Assembly: GCA_013416795.1 (NCBI GenBank)
Contig: RQSC01001131.1
Span: forward strand, 1 to 5,862
Reading direction: 5' to 3'
DNA: 5,862 bases
Source of the DNA: Prasinococcaceae sp. CCMP 1430
Taxonomy: Eukaryota; Plantae; Prasinodermophyta
This document shows positions 5,714 through 5,862 of the stretch, one piece after another (the first letter of the stretch is position 1; each line of letters starts with the position of its first letter). The position numbers and the translations under genes are program-made. Below the pieces are notes generated by a model. The model searched no databases, was not told where the DNA came from, and saw nothing but the letters and a program-made list of their open reading frames with translations.

Positions 5714-5862
5714 CTCCCGACAGGCCATCGCAAGGGCCTTGTCTGCCGCCAGGAACGCCGCCATTCCTGCCAGCAGCTGCGCGCCGCGGGCGACGCTCGC
5801 GCCGGCGCCGCTCGTCGCAGCGGCCGAGGCCGCGTCAGCATCCGCCGCCGCGTGCTGTGCCT
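5714..5862 (-). CDS. PLGG1: PLGG1-like gene, upstream exon (5'-partial, runs off the window)
   Basis: Codons from 5860 read AQHAAADADAASAAATSGAGASVARGAQLLAGMAAFLAADKALAMACRE with no stop. An Ala/Ser-rich region precedes the first hydrophobic helix. Confidence 0.8.

Noticed and set aside
5482-5841. 119-aa minus-strand ORF with a poly-Pro stretch, and Met 5506 as the PLGG1 start
   Set aside because: The poly-Pro comes from reading through the intronic C tract in a different frame. Homology continues upstream of 5506 and across a good GT-AG intron, so 5506 is an internal Met.

Overview
Very GC-rich eukaryotic genomic DNA (judged by eye, not computed), most likely from a flagellated photosynthetic alga. 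Three genes are visible. (1) 1-429 (+): the 3' end of a Ser-Pro (extensin/HRGP-like) stalk protein with a Gly linker. After a 36-nt stop-containing interruption it appears to continue into a membrane anchor and short tail. (2) ~993-4031 (+): a clear meckelin (TMEM67/MKS3) ciliary transition-zone gene whose true start is hidden in a 388-N assembly gap (603-990). (3) 4220 to beyond 5862 (-): a fused LrgA-LrgB transporter of the PLGG1 (plastid glycolate/glycerate translocator) type, with one well-supported 174-nt GT-AG intron. Genes 2 and 3 converge with a 188-nt spacer. I see no evidence for a mobile element, CRISPR array, RNA gene or a new multi-gene system. The most worthwhile leads are the interrupted Ser-Pro membrane-protein gene, the PLGG1 homologue (its loop insertion, its unusual intron and its host lineage) and several non-B-DNA-prone tracts.
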